From the NCBI GenBank assembly GCA_035221665.1, contig CM069133.1:137330001-137394000 (forward strand): a stretch of DNA of 64,000 nucleotides, given 5' to 3'. A model generated the notes under the pieces. It worked only from the letters and a program-made list of their open reading frames with translations. It did no database searches and was not told where the DNA came from. Numbering within the stretch: position 1 is the stretch's first letter; every line of letters starts with the position of its first letter. Of this stretch, positions 48,931 through 61,901 are shown in pieces. The position numbers were made by a program, and so were the translations under genes. Source of the stretch: Okamejei kenojei (lineage: Eukaryota).

Positions 48931-49255
48931 GGAGACACTAGAATCTTGAGCAAAAATCAAAGTGCTGAGGAACTCAGCAGGACAAGCACTGTCTGTGGAG
49001 GGAATGGACAGCTGGCATTTTGGGTCGGGACCCTTGAGTGAAAGAGTGGAGGGGAGAAAGCTTGATAGGAGAGGTTGGGCTGGGTTAAAGCTTGGCAAGT
49101 GACAGGTAAGGGAGGGGGGGAGAGAGATTGGCAGATGGTTGGAGTAAGTGGAGTAAGTAATGTGAGGTGAAAAGGAGACAAGATGGTGCCAGGCAAGGAA
49201 AGAATAGGAAGAATGAAATGTAATGGTGGAGGGAGGGGACAGGGGGAGGTGCAAG
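48931..49255 (-). mobile_element. Older PLE 3'UTR plus terminal repeat
   Basis: GTGCTGAGGAACTCAGCAGG...CATTTTGGGTCGGGACCCTT followed by a purine-rich UTR. Confidence 0.7.
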
Positions 49256-49539
49256 AGAACATTCCTAAATTATTTAAAAAACGTGTTTTCAGAATAGAAT
49301 TGTGAATATTTGAATTAAATCGCAATTATTGACAGGAACTGGATATGGAGAGAGACTGTATTCCAGGTTGAGAGTGCAATTTTAACACACGTTTAAAAAA
49401 TAACATGATTATTGAAGGTTAAAAAAATGTGCCTAGTGGTGACACTTTAAGATTTAGTTCCTCCTGGTTAATTTTTATGTGACATTTTCAGCATTTATTG
49501 TTTAGCTAAAACTTTGAAGAAATCAAATGGAATAAAACC

Positions 49540-49730
49540 ACCACCTTTCCTTGATCATCGTTATTTTTTGATACCCTTCATTCATTTGTTGTATATCTGT
49601 TTATACCACCGTCTATATCTTCCCTTTCCCCTGACTCTCAGTCCGAAGAAGGATCTCGACCTGAAACGTCACCTATTCTCTCCAGAGATGCTGCTTGCCA
49701 GCTGAGTTACTCCAGCGTTTTGTGTCAATC
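49540..49730 (+). mobile_element. PLE 3'UTR plus hammerhead repeat
   Basis: UTR homologous to 11385-11490; CCGAAGAAGGATCTCGACCTGAAACGTC. Confidence 0.85.
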
Positions 49731-50689
49731 CGATGTTAGTGGTTTAATCTTAATCATTCACTTTTTTTTTTGCAGTGATCTCCCTCAGGTGCAGTTCATT
49801 TGGCAGAGAGTCAGATAAAGTGATCTGTTGCCCCCCACCCAGCCAGTTTCTAACATCTTTGTTATGGAAGGTATGCAGACAGAGACAGGAACCGCAGACC
49901 TAATTTTCTGGAAGCAAATACCTAACCCCTTTTTTCCTCCTTTCCTCATCACTGATTGGAAAGTCACGAGTGCTTCATCTGTCAAGCATCGAATGTTATG
50001 GGGACATTGAGTGGGAGTGCAGTTTGCTTCTGATAAAAATGGGAACTGTTTTTGAAAACGGTGGACACGGAAGGACATGTTTGCGCAATTAATATTTCAG
50101 GATTTCCAAGTGCAACTCTACTTGTGGCTCAGTTATAGCCACATGCAGGATATGATATTAATTCATGGTGGTTTCTATTGCTGTCGGATTCTTTTATTAT
50201 AGGCATATCAATTGCATTGCACACAGAAAATCAAACCTTCACACTTTGAATGGCTGCAGGTTGTATTACAATGAGTGTGAAAGAATGGAGGCAACTTTCG
50301 TTTCTTACCAGCTTCAGTGCAGATGTCACAACAGGCTTGATTCTGGAAACTATTTTGTTGCTAATATTTTGAGAGTGAGATTTCAAATTACAGTTTTCAC
50401 AAGTTAAATGCTTTTTAACACCCCATTCCACGGATTACTCATTACAATATTGGCTTGCAGATTTTAACTGCTCTGTAAATATTTTATCATGGGAAATTAT
50501 ATCTTTATGGCTTGCAGCAAAATGACAATGTCTCACAACAGGTCATTGAAAGATGTCAGGAAGGCTGACAAAAATGTGGTATATGATGTATATATTTGGC
50601 AAACGCGCATGTCAAAGCTCCCAAATGATCTGTTCAAACATGCCTTAAAAATATGAAGATCTACCCACTATTGGTGCTAATGTGTATTT

Positions 50690-50910
50690 TTGTTTAGTTG
50701 AGAGATACAGCATGGAAACAGGCCTTTTCAACCAGCGATCCCCGCACATTAACACTTTCCTACGCCCACTAGGGACAGTTTTTACATTTACCAAGCAGAA
50801 AACCCAGGCAGGTCACAGGGAGAATGTACAAACTCCGTACAAACAGCGCCCGTAGTCAGGATCGAACCCGGGTCACCAGCGCTGTGAGGCAGTAACCACT
50901 GTGCTGCCCG
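50690..50910 (-). mobile_element. HE1-like SINE with internal deletions
   Basis: TTTAGTTGAGAGATACAGCATGGAAACAGGCC...AGGATCGAACCCGGG. Confidence 0.85.
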
Positions 50911-51004
50911 ATGCTTGACTGGTGCACGTGTTGGATGCTTGATGTGCTATTGTAAGGTGGCCGTGTGAATTTTTTCCATTACTTCATTTATCTCTGCATT
51001 TATC

Positions 51005-51240
51005 AAAATTCTGGAATTCACTCCTGAAGTGGGTACTAGAGGCGGTTATTTGATATATGACAAGCCTTTAGCATTTGAAATACATGCATTATTTCAAATG
51101 CTAAATACATGCATTTGAAATACATGCAATGCTGTGGGCCAAGTGTTGGGAAATGGGATTAGAACAGGCATGTACTCCATGGCCAGCATGAACACAGGTG
51201 GTCCAATGGACTGTTTCCTTTATTCTACAACTCTATGATT
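51005..51240 (+). mobile_element. Old CR1 3' remnant containing a templated palindrome
   Basis: TCTGGAATTCACTCCTGAAG...GGTCCAATGGACTGTTTCC...CTCTATGATTCGAT. Confidence 0.55.
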
Positions 51241-52198
51241 CGATATATTAAAAAATACGGGTCTATGAAAAGCATTTTGAGCTAATAGCACTATGTAAAG
51301 TAGTGGACATTACTGCTTTGTCCACAGATAAGGTGTCTCTACGCTGACTTAGTTAACAATTATCCTGTCTTACCAAATCAACTCTGATAGGACTTGTAAC
51401 ATGGTGTGCCTCAACTTGCCTGAGACGTCTGATAAAAATCCACATGAAATTCCCCAAATTAAATTTGCACCTGAAGCAATACAAAGTAGCTGTGGAAATA
51501 GGTATGAAACATGGTGAAGGGTACAAAGAAATGATTACATATTAGATGAGTTATGACAGGAGATTAAACTCATTAGGGTTTCATACTTTTACATCAGTCA
51601 TATCCTAATTTGGTCCGTTCATAGGTTAATTATGCTTTCTTCGTTGCTTATCTGATTCTACGCAACGCCTGTACACTCTTCCATCTCCTGATTGTTTGAA
51701 ATCTTCACTTGTCAGATGCAATTGGATTTCCACCAGTTAGTAAAATGCCTTCATGTGAATCAGTTAATTCCCTGTGGTTATACATATTCCATAGGAAATT
51801 TATTTTTGTGAATGGATGAATTATATTAACCTTGTGCCTGATTCTTTCTTCTCTTTTTGCTTAATATAAAAGACCAGCTCCATGGATACTTAATCAGTAC
51901 AGATTGTTCTTCACTTGAAGAATCATGTGGATGACTATTAAATCACTTGGATGAAATGGGAAGATAACTCCAGGGCCAAATTTTCTATGGTGAATGGATA
52001 TTAATCAATACCGTAATTAATTCTTTACAAGGCGCAATAAAGATGTTGATTCATGAAAGTGGCAAATTGTAATCAGAGCCATGATATGTTTACGTCAGTG
52101 GACACTCTTCTGCAGTGTATGAGGGTGGAACTTGAATTACTTTATAACGGATCACATCATTAAAGGAAGGAAACAAGTAAACAGTGTTTTATAGTACA

Positions 52199-52232
52199 GC
52201 GTATATATAAGCAATGCGTATATATAAGCAAT
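52199..52232. repeat. Perfect 17-bp tandem duplication
   Basis: GCGTATATATAAGCAAT x2. Confidence 0.9.
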
Positions 52233-53798
52233 ATTCACTTGAACCTAATAAATAGTTTCACCTGGGGAACCTTTTCAGTAATTCACCACTGTTCTTTCAC
52301 AAGCTCTGTTGATTTTTGGATATTTTGCAGGGACGGCAGAAAATGTGATGCCTAATTCATTCCAATAACTATTTGCAATTATCAAGAGGAGTACCTGCCC
52401 TCTACCAGTATTTTGTGCTACCTGTTTGGCTGTAGAGCTGTTCTTTTTAGAAAGCGTTTTTTCAAATGAATTGCATGATGGAATGGAATGTAGATGTGTT
52501 CCTCCTGCACCTCAGAAGGTCAAAAGGGAGACCTTTAGTTATCATTTTCTCCATAATGCTGATTTACAGGGTGCAGGGCTTTATGTTCTGCGGATGAATT
52601 GTCATGTCACAGGGATTTACTCCCTTCAAAGTTCTCAACATCTCAGTCAAATCTTGCCTTTGCATTTTCACATGGTGCGCTAAACAGGTGGAGGGATCAT
52701 GGATCACATTGCCAGCAATGTGCCGAGAGTCTAAGTTACCAAGGAGGGTGTAACAACCTGGTAGCAGATTTCTTTCAGTGGAAATGGAATTAGTTCACTG
52801 TGGAGCTAAATCACGGGGGATGAATGGAATGGTGTTGGCAAGAGAATGACGCTGCTGACGGCCAATCCTTTACACAGTATTTTCAGCCCATCAAAACCCA
52901 TTGTGGCGTGACACTCTCTCCATTCCAGAGGTGTTAATGACCGGAGTCACTTATGGCAGGTAGCAGTTTGCTGAAAAATCAATTAGCGTAGAGGTTTATG
53001 GGATGAGGGAATACACTTGTTTTATAGCCATAGGTAAAGACAGCTAGCTCCATTCAGGTCAAAGTTAGCATTTCACACTCGATATCAGGAAGACTTAACT
53101 GAAGGATGAGGTGGTGACCCTGTGGCGATTCTATCATCATTGATCTGAATGTTATAGGGGTGTCAGGAAAAAATGGACACATTAGATTCTAGTTAGCACA
53201 CCCTTAAATACTTCTTTGTGTTCCTTCCTACTTTGATTGCAATGCAATTATTTATAAAAACATTGGTATAGCATATTAATGGCCCGCAGCCCACTAATTG
53301 CTTGCTGAAAGCCTAAGTGCTCCCATGGAATGGTTAAAATGTCAATATCTATTTCAAATGCTTGGCTTGCTGGCCAAAGCCTGCATTCTTTACAAATTTG
53401 ACAGGGATGGCTGGTTTACTAGAGGATAGTTTGTGGAGGGGGAAGTGGGCACGGCATGCATGGTGGATGGGGTTGGCAGTTTGTTGACTGTGTGGGATGG
53501 TAAAGATAATCATGGTATTAAAAAAAAGGTCTGCTTTAGTTAAATGATGGACGATCGGAAAACCTCACAAACGCAAGAAAATTCCATTTTAGGTTATGAG
53601 GCATGGGCCATAAGTAGATATTTTGTGGCGCAAATCTTTTATCTTACATTTTCACAATTATCATTATGGTTGTTTACAAAGTAGAAAGAGCTTCAATACT
53701 ATAATAAGATTACTGATTCCTACAGCGATTAAAAATCAGCAGATGCATCCAAAGGATTGAAAAATTGTCAACTGCCATATAATAGCATTTGTAGGTGC

Positions 53799-54039
53799 CA
53801 TAGAAACATAGAAAATATGTGCAGGAGTAGGCCATTCGGCCCTTCGAGCCTGCACCACCATTCAATATGATCATGGCTGATCATCCAACTCAGTATCCTG
53901 TACCTGCCTTCTCTCCATACCCCCTGTTCCCTTTAGCCACAAGGGCCACATCTAACTCCCTCTTAAATATAGCCAATGAACTGGCCTCAACAACCTTCTG
54001 CAGCAGAGAATTCCAGAGACTCACCACTCTCTGTGTGAA
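53799..54039 (-). mobile_element. Young CR1 LINE 3' fragment
   Basis: CATAGAAACATAGAAAA tail; same family as 39024-39633. Confidence 0.95.
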
Positions 54040-54769
54040 CACCAGTCATTTTTTGGTCTCCAAGGGAGGAAGATCTTTGTGTTAAATATTTGCTTTGGTA
54101 CACATTGGTTGTGATATTATGTTAATAGACCAATGCAAAATGGATAATTTGTGTGGTTCAAGATGGGATCCATGACCTGAATGGTGCTAGCCAGGCAAAA
54201 GGAAGATGTCCAAAGCAAGTTCTCATGATCTGCAGCAGATCTTATCCCACCTATCCCAGAATGCAGTTGCAGAAATCTTGCTGATTTAAAAAAAAATAGG
54301 ACTTGGTCTAACCATAAAGAAATTCTGAAGTAACCAAAGCCAGTGTTCAGTGAGTCAATCCCATCTCTTCAACAGGAAACTAAAACCACATTGTGATATT
54401 AGTGACATTCAATGACATTGTTCTTCAATAATCAGGATTAATTTTCATACTCGCGTATCTCTGACTTGGTGAGAAGAGTAATTTATGATGCATCAGCTGT
54501 TGATCAGTGACAGTATAATAGCTGTAACAAAGCTTACCTCAAGTTGACACTTCCATTAAAGTGGAAAGTAAACCCATGTTTCTCAGAAATCCAGCGTGAT
54601 CGCAGAATGAATTGGGCATGCATTGTTGACAAGTGTTATGAACTTTGCTGAATTGTGTATTTTGGAGCCTTATCAGCATAGCTTTCAGCTTGCATTCTGG
54701 CAGAACGGAACACAGGACTCCAGAAGCATTTGTGAAGAGTGTGGGCACTTGGGTGCAGGAGGCTAGATT

Positions 54770-54864
54770 ATAGACTCAATGCTGGAGTAACTCAGCGGGA
54801 CAGGCAGAATCTCTGAGAGAAGGAATGGGTGACATTTCGGGTTGAGACCTTCTTCAGACTGATT
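54770..54864 (-). mobile_element. PLE-derived hammerhead element
   Basis: GCTGGAGTAACTCAGCGGGACAGGC...GACATTTCGGGTTGAGACCTTCTTCAGACTG. Confidence 0.85.
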
Positions 54865-56261
54865 CGTGCATTGGAGGCTCTGACCCTGCATGTAGTCTTG
54901 ATATTGATATTAGAAAGATGATTTCCTCTAGCGTGATTCATTGTTTCAGTGTACCTTGGCTGTTTTCTGGTAACTTCATGTGGCTTTGAGGCTTCAATAA
55001 TTACATTAATTATAGAAGGGATTATTGAAAGGAACTTGGTTTTGGTCTGAAAATATATTTGGTATTAAACAGTTTTAACTTTGAAGAAAAAATACCAAAC
55101 TTCAAGATGTATGACATGAATTCAGGGTATATTCCAGAGTATGATGACTTCCCCATAATCATCTAGAAGACTAAATTTGCTTAAGAAGAAAAAATACGCT
55201 TGGCGCTACTTTCCACTACACTTTCCATGGCTCAAATGTTTGAAGTCACAAATTTTGAAATCTAGAAGTTTAGAAACCAGACCGATCTGCTGACCTTCCA
55301 TTTGCATTCCCCAGTTCTGTTTCCCTCCTTTCTGCTCTGCTCCATTGCCAAGAGTTGTCCCCTCCTGATGTACTTCTGGCCACATCTTGCTCTGCACAAA
55401 CCTACCCACAACCGATCTCAGTACAAATGGAAGAAATTACAGCCACTGTACTCTGCCTTCCCCATGCGTGTGAGGATTCCTGCCTGGAATTTAGCAATCC
55501 GTTACAACTTCTGTGTTATTTACAAATATTTGCATTGATGCACAATCGTCGATGGTGGTACTTTGACTGAATTCCAGTAATGTTGGCATCTAAATAAAAC
55601 ACTAATGTTTGGTGATAATTTTGGAATCGATAAAAATTGTGGAAAACTACGTTTAACTGCAGGAAAAGATCTGAGAAAAGAAACAATCTTGGTGGACTGA
55701 ACTTTTTTATCCCCATGTTTAATGAACTGCTGTTGTTCAGTTTAGCTGGACATTCTACCCATTTTATTTATTCTAACAAATGGGGTTTTGGTTAATTTGT
55801 AATAAAAAAAAAACAGGTATTCTGATTTAAGAAGTTACAAACCAAGATTCATCTCTGAAATAAAAGTCCCTCAAATTTGAATAAAATTGTGAAAAGGACA
55901 GTTGTAATGGGACCTAGATAAATGTCTTTTGCAAGTCTCTGATGAATTTTAACAATTATCACATGCGGATTTGTCACAAAATGTTGCTTTTCAATTTAAA
56001 TCTGTAGTAGATTGACATCAACTGTCTTTTACTAATTTGATGTGAGTTTCCTACTGAGCAGCTCCAGAGAAGTGGCTGGGTCATTTTAACAGCTTCCAGC
56101 TAACCACGACCTTTTTCATGAAACCTGATGGAATTGTGTGATTCATTTGGGATCATTCAGACCAAAGTACGAGATGACCTGGATTTCTATTGAAGCAATA
56201 ATTGAGAAGGAGCAAATGTATTTTGCAGAGGAATAATTGGGGGGAGATTATGGATGCGAAT

Positions 56262-56385
56262 ATAGTAGGTACTGGAAATCTGAAATAAAAAGAAAGTGCA
56301 GGATTTACTCAGTGGGTCAGGCGATGTATGAAGCGAGAGAAACAGTTAATGTTTCAGGTTGATGATCTTTCATCAGTACTGGAAA
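56262..56385 (-). mobile_element. Old PLE repeat with a canonical CUGAUGA hammerhead
   Basis: Minus strand CAGTA-CTGATGA-A-AGATCATCAACCT-GAAAC-ATT-AACTG; a degenerate GIY-YIG-like stretch lies at about 56490-56560 on +. Confidence 0.65.
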
Positions 56386-56855
56386 CAAAATGAGAAATAA
56401 AGAAAGTTTAAAGTTGCACCGTTCGAAGTCTATCCATCTTCCAATTTGATCTCTCATCTTGACCTCTGCTGTTCTGAAGTTCTGATGATGCTCGCTGTAA
56501 GCTGAAGCAGCACCACCTCAGCTTGTCATATTCAAGCCTTCAGGGCTTATCACTGAACAATGCAATACAGATAATCATCCAACCTGCAGTTTCAAAGACA
56601 CAGAGACCGCAGGTTGCTGGCATCTGGAACAGAAACCAAAATGCCACACTGGGGTAAGGCCAACTTTGAGGGTATGAGAGAAGGTCTCGCTCAAGTTGAC
56701 TGGAGCAGGTTATTTGAGGGGAAATGAACATCGGCCAAGTGGGATGTTTTTAAAAGTGCTCTGAAGAAAGCTCAGGGTGTGTACGTCCCCAATAGAGTGG
56801 AGGGCAAAGCAGGCAAACGTAAGGAAGCTTGGCTGCCGAGGGAAATTGAGACCTT

Positions 56856-57107
56856 ATGGAAACATAGAAATTTGGTGCAGGAGCAGGCCATTCGACCCTT
56901 TGAGCCTGCACCGCCATTCAATATGATCATGGCTGATCATCCAACTCAGTATCCTGTACCTGCCTTCTCTCCATACCCCCTGATCCTTTCAGCCACAAGG
57001 GCCACATCCAACTCCCTCTTAAATAAGGCCAACGAACTGGCCTCAACTACCTTCTGTGGCAGGGAATTCCACAGATTCACCACTCTCTGTGTGAAAAACG
57101 ATTTTCT
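56856..57107 (-). mobile_element. Young CR1 3' fragment nested in the older CR1
   Basis: Matches 53799-54039. Confidence 0.93.
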
Positions 57108-57215
57108 AAGGAGGAAATCAGAAGGGCTAAAAAAGGAAATCAGAAGGGTAAAAAGGCCAGGAGATAGCTCTGACGGGTAGCATTAAGGACAATCCCAAAA
57201 GATTTAATAAATATA

Positions 57216-57305
57216 CTAGACCAGACCTCCACACGGGAGGCCTGGTCCCCCAAAGCAACTCGTTCCCCCAACGCAATATTCTACGACTCACCCATAGCCC
57301 AACTG
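57216..57305 (-). mobile_element. Helitron 3' fragment nested in CR1
   Basis: A|CTAGACC, then hairpin CCTCC-ACACG-GGAGG; CAATATTCTACGACTCACCCATAGCCC matches the reverse complement of 20275-20310. Confidence 0.7.
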
Positions 57306-59206
57306 TCGTGTTTGAAGGTAGACAAAGCTCCAGGGCCTGATCAGATATATCCGAGGACATTGTGGGAAACTACAGAGGAAATTGCGGGAGCCCTGGTAGA
57401 AATGTACTAGTCTTCCTTAAATACAGGAGAGGTTCCGGAAGACTGGAGGTGGCAAATGTTTTTCCTCTTTTCAAGAAGGGCGGCAGGGAAAATGATGGGA
57501 ACTGTAGGCCGGTGAGCGTAACATCTGTAGTTGGTAAGTTGCTGGAGAGCATTTTGAGGGATAGGATATACAGACATTTGTATGGGCAAGGGCTGATTAG
57601 GGACAGTCAGCATGGTTTTGTACGTTGAAGGTCATATCTCACAAATCTGATTGATTTTTTTTGAAGATGTGACCAAAAAGGTGGGTGAGGGCAGAGCTGT
57701 AGATGTTGTGTACATGGATTTCTGTAAGCTGTTCGACAAGGTTCTGCATGGTAGGCTGCCCTGGAAGGTTAGATCCCTTGGGATCCAAGGAGAGATAGCT
57801 GAATGGATAGCAAATTTGCTCTATGGAAGGAAGCGGAAGGTGATGGTGGAAGGTTGCTTCTCGGACTGGAGGCCTGTGACTAGTGGTGTGCCTCAGGGTT
57901 TGGTGCTGGGCCCGTTACTGTTTGTCACCTACATCAATGATTTGGCTGAGAACTTACAGGGCAAGATTAGCAAGTTTGCTGATGATACAAAAGTTAGAGG
58001 TTTTGCAGGTAGTGAAGATGGTTGTGAATGATTGCAGCAGGATCTGGATCGATTGGTCAAGTGGGCGGAGGGATGGTTGATGGAATTTATTACAGAGACG
58101 TGTGAGGTGTTGCATTATGGGACAACGAAAAAAGGGTAGGGTCAAAACATGTAAATGGTAGGCCTCTAGGTAGTGTTGTAGAGCAGAGGGATCTAGAAGT
58201 ACAGGTGCACGGTTCCTTGAAGGTCGAGTCGCAGGTAGTTAAGGTGGTCAAAAAGGCTTTTGAAACTTTGACCTTCATCAGTCAGAGTATTGAGTATAGA
58301 ATTTGGGAGGTCATGTTGCAGTTGTATAAGACGCTGGTGAGAGTGCATTTAGAATATTGTGTTCAGTTCTGGGCACCATGTTATAGGAAAGATATTGTCA
58401 AGCTTGAAAGGGTTCAGAAAAGATTTAAGAGAATGTTGCCAGGACTAGAGGGTGTGAGCTATAGAGTGAGGTTGAGTAGGCTGGGTCTCTTTTCCATGGA
58501 GCGCAGGAGAATGAGGGGAGATCTTACAGAGATATACAGTCATGAGGAATAGTTTGGGGAGATGTACAGAGTCTTTTGCCCAGAGTAGAGGAATCGAGGA
58601 CCAGAGGATATAGGTTCAAGGTGAAGGGGAAAAGATTTAATGGAAATCCGAGGGGTAACTTTTTCACACAAAGGGTGGTGGGTGTATGGAACAAGCTGCC
58701 AGAGGAGGTAGTTGAGGCTGGGACTATCGCATTGTTTAAGAAACAGTTAGACAGGTACATAGATAGGACAAGTTGGGAGGGACATGGACCAAGCGCAGGC
58801 AAGTGGGACAAGTGTAACTGGGACATTGTTGGTGTGACAAGTAGGTGTGATGTCGTGCGAGCAGAATTTAAAGAGAGGTTTGATAAAAAACACTGGAGTA
58901 ATCATTTCCTGAGACTGAGGTTCTGAACACAGTGGCTGAGTGAACATGACTTCAAACATCAAAGCCTCTGCATATTGTATAGACTAAAAATAAAATATGG
59001 CCAGGATTCAACTGGATGCTAAGCTGGTGCATTGCAAATGTGTTCTCTGCTAATAGGAACTGAAATATTAGTTTGATCCAGCAGAAGAGCTAAAGGGTTT
59101 TTTTTTTTACTTAATGTTGGATAAGTTGTAGAAAGTATTGCAATGGCTAATAGCCGAGGAGGTGTGAAGAGCTACTATGTACTGGGCAAGCTTTCTGTTG
59201 CCTGTC

Positions 59207-59550
59207 CGTCCTGATGTAGGGTCTTGGCCCAAAACATCAACTCACCCATTATGCCTCCACAGAATGCATCTTGACCTGCATACTTCTCATATTCATGCTT
59301 GTTCCAGCATTCTGTTTTTGTTGACGAGCTCGGTGTCCATGTTCACGACAGAGCTGATCTCCAGACTGTGGTGTGGCAGGAGAATTTGCTTGATGCAGCA
59401 AAGGAACAATAAATAAAACTGCTGGAGAACCTCGGTGGATCAGGCAGCATCCGTGAAAGGAAATGGGCGGGTTCTGTTGTTGGTCGACACCCTTGCTCTA
59501 GCAGTTTGTCTTTTTGCTCAAGGTTCTAGCATCTGCAGTCTCTTGTGTCC
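59207..59550. mobile_element. Older PLE repeats (a plus copy, then an inverted pair)
   Basis: CTGATGTAGGGTCTTGGCCCAAAACATC; GCTGGAGAACCTCGGTGGATCAGGCAGCATC; CTAGCATCTGCAGTCTCTTGTGTC. Confidence 0.65.
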
Positions 59551-60663
59551 GTAGAGGAGGAGCTTCTTTGGTTCGTTACTCTGTGGAACCATAAGGGGAC
59601 AATGTCAAAGTAATGGACATCGGGGGCGTGTGGTGTAGTCACTCTGTCAAACAGTAGAAGAGGTTGTAGAGGAAGGGGATACAGTTCAGCTACACCTTGC
59701 CTGTGCGCAATATAATAATACATTTATACTTCATTTTTCCCACGAACACATAAAAAACTGGGATATCAGATGAGTCTACTGAAACCCTTTGAGCATGATA
59801 AGAATCTTTCAATATGCATCTGATAAAGAAAGTTTAAACACTTTCAGTTCCGAGGCAAAGCACTGTGCACAAAACTGTAATCTTCCTTGTCTTACAATAG
59901 CCATTCAGCAGTATCAGTGTCTACGGCAGGAAAAGTGTCAGATTTTGCATTTGGTGCCAACATGCTTTATAAACATCAGCACAATTTGGCACTTAATAGG
60001 ATTACAGTGTTGAATTGTTTTGAGGTAGAATTCATATGGCGGTGTTAAGATGTCTATTATTTTTTAAGTTAGAGCTGTGTCAGTTTTGCATGCTTTCTCT
60101 TATTATAATGACACACTCGCAATGACCCTGAACTCCTTGGGTATCACCGTAGCAAATTGAAGGCCAGGATCCCGAATGGTGAATGGGAAATCACACAAAG
60201 TAATATGATTCACTCTGCTTTGTCACAATTCTGCGCCCTTCACCACTTCTGACATAAACGTTATAGTACTTCCAACAATTCAGTTGTGAATTTTTTGACA
60301 AAAAAAATTGCAGTTAATTTATCTTCATTTATTTTTCTGCTCGGCCATGCAAATAATTAAGAAGACAAGGGAGACGTACAGCAAATCATCGTCCTTTCAT
60401 TAACTTCTTGTTTTTGATGAGAGAGACAAGTTTTCATTTTTCGAACTGATACACTGGCAAATCAAATTTCACTACACCAATTGGTGTATGTGATAATAAA
60501 TGTCCTTTATAAATGAAGCAAATACATTTTGAGTTGTATCTTCTCAGTGCTTGATAAACAAGGCGAACAATTCACTGTATGATTTGTATAAAAGGTGGTT
60601 AGAACGAAGCTTTAGATTCTGTTGTGAGTTGCATTCAAATTCACAAAAACACAACCAGTTATT

Positions 60664-60704
60664 CCGCCTGTCCCACTGAGTTACTCCAGCTTTTTGTGTC
60701 TATC
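60664..60704 (+). mobile_element. PLE tail fragment
   Basis: GCCTGTCCCACTGAGTTACTCCAGCTTTTTGTGTCTATC (a similar fragment lies at 33246-33277). Confidence 0.8.
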
Positions 60705-60854
60705 ACCAATTAGTTATTATTGCAAATCAACTAAAAAACGCAGGATGCACAGTAAATCAGAATTACTCTGCAGAATGACTGATTTGAAAAGTGCTCAAAT
60801 ACCAATTGTAACTACATCAGGAAATCAGAGCAATTTCTTCAATACAGGCCTTCT

Positions 60855-61165
60855 GCGCCCGCACCTCCAGACTCGGGAACAGCTTCATTCCCAGAGCTAT
60901 AGCGGCTCTGAACGGGCCCTGCTGAGTGCCCCCCACCCCATGGACTGTCTCCCCCGGTCACGTCGCACAGACACATCTGCACTTTAGTCTGTGTTGGTTT
61001 TGACTGTTTTACTGTTCTAATGTTCTTTTCACAAACCTTGTTCTCGGGGTATCTAAACCTAAATGTTATTAGTCGTTTAAGTTATGACATCGGATGGAAG
61101 TTGCAAACCAAATCTCGTTGCACTTATGTGTAATGACAATAAAAGATATTATTATTATTATTATT
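60855..61165 (+). mobile_element. Rex1/Babar-like LINE 3' end
   Basis: RTSRLGNSFIPRAIAALN-coding end, AATGACAATAAA and (ATT)n tail. Confidence 0.75.
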
Positions 61166-61858
61166 TAAACTCAACAATATGTAGGATAAATTCAGGCACA
61201 AAACTGATGAAAAATACCAATTTCCTACTGTGGTTTATCTGGAACCTTGTTCTATGAACGTTCCTCAGCTCGGCTGTAATCGTAGCTCATTGTCTCCGAC
61301 AGATGCACAACTCCTAACATTACAGATTATCCTTGCGCACTATTTACTAAGCCCCATTGAGTGTAGAATAGTGTTTGTGTGTTCTGGCTGATTTCACCAG
61401 ACGGAGCTGGGTTTTATCACTGAAGGAGCTTCAGTAAATACTGGTGGCAGTTCTGTCACAAAATAGTACAGTAAATGTGAAGCCTCTGGAAATCTATAGG
61501 TCTGTTTTAACAGTAAGGGTTACATTAAAATTGTACTGGCTATCCCAGTAGGAATCTCCATTTTGACAGGAATGTTTAACCCAAGGCACATGGATGGGAA
61601 GTCATGCGCTTGTAAAATTATTACAGTCTGTAAATATATGTTATATGTATCATCCACTCTGATATTGTATGTGGGGAGTCAAGACCAAATCTCAAGTCAA
61701 ATAGTTTATAACAGATTAGTTGGAAAGCGAAAGGAAGGGGATGAGGGAATCTGAATCTGAATGAGGTTGCAGGAAGGCTGGATCAAGAAGAGCAAAGGGA
61801 AAAAAGCATGGAAAATGGGGATGGATGTGAGGAAGGAAGAAAGAAAGAGATGAAGGCT

Positions 61859-61901
61859 AAGTGTTAAAGAAGGAACTGCAGATGCTGGAGAATCGAGGGT
61901 T
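61859..61901 (-). mobile_element. 43-bp PLE tail-only insertion
   Basis: 14-bp TSD AAGAGATGAAGGCT (61845-61858 / 61902-61915); insert is the reverse complement of 11577-11616. Confidence 0.88.

Larger units (their letters stand above)
56650..58835 (+). mobile_element. CR1 LINE ORF2 (reverse transcriptase) pseudogene, ~2.2 kb, with nested insertions
   Basis: RT motifs across frameshifts: PGPD, ANVFPLFKKG..NCRPVSVTSVVGKLLE, QHGF, YMDF.K.FDKV, SGVPQG.VLGP, FADDTK, HLEYCVQFWAP. Confidence 0.95.
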
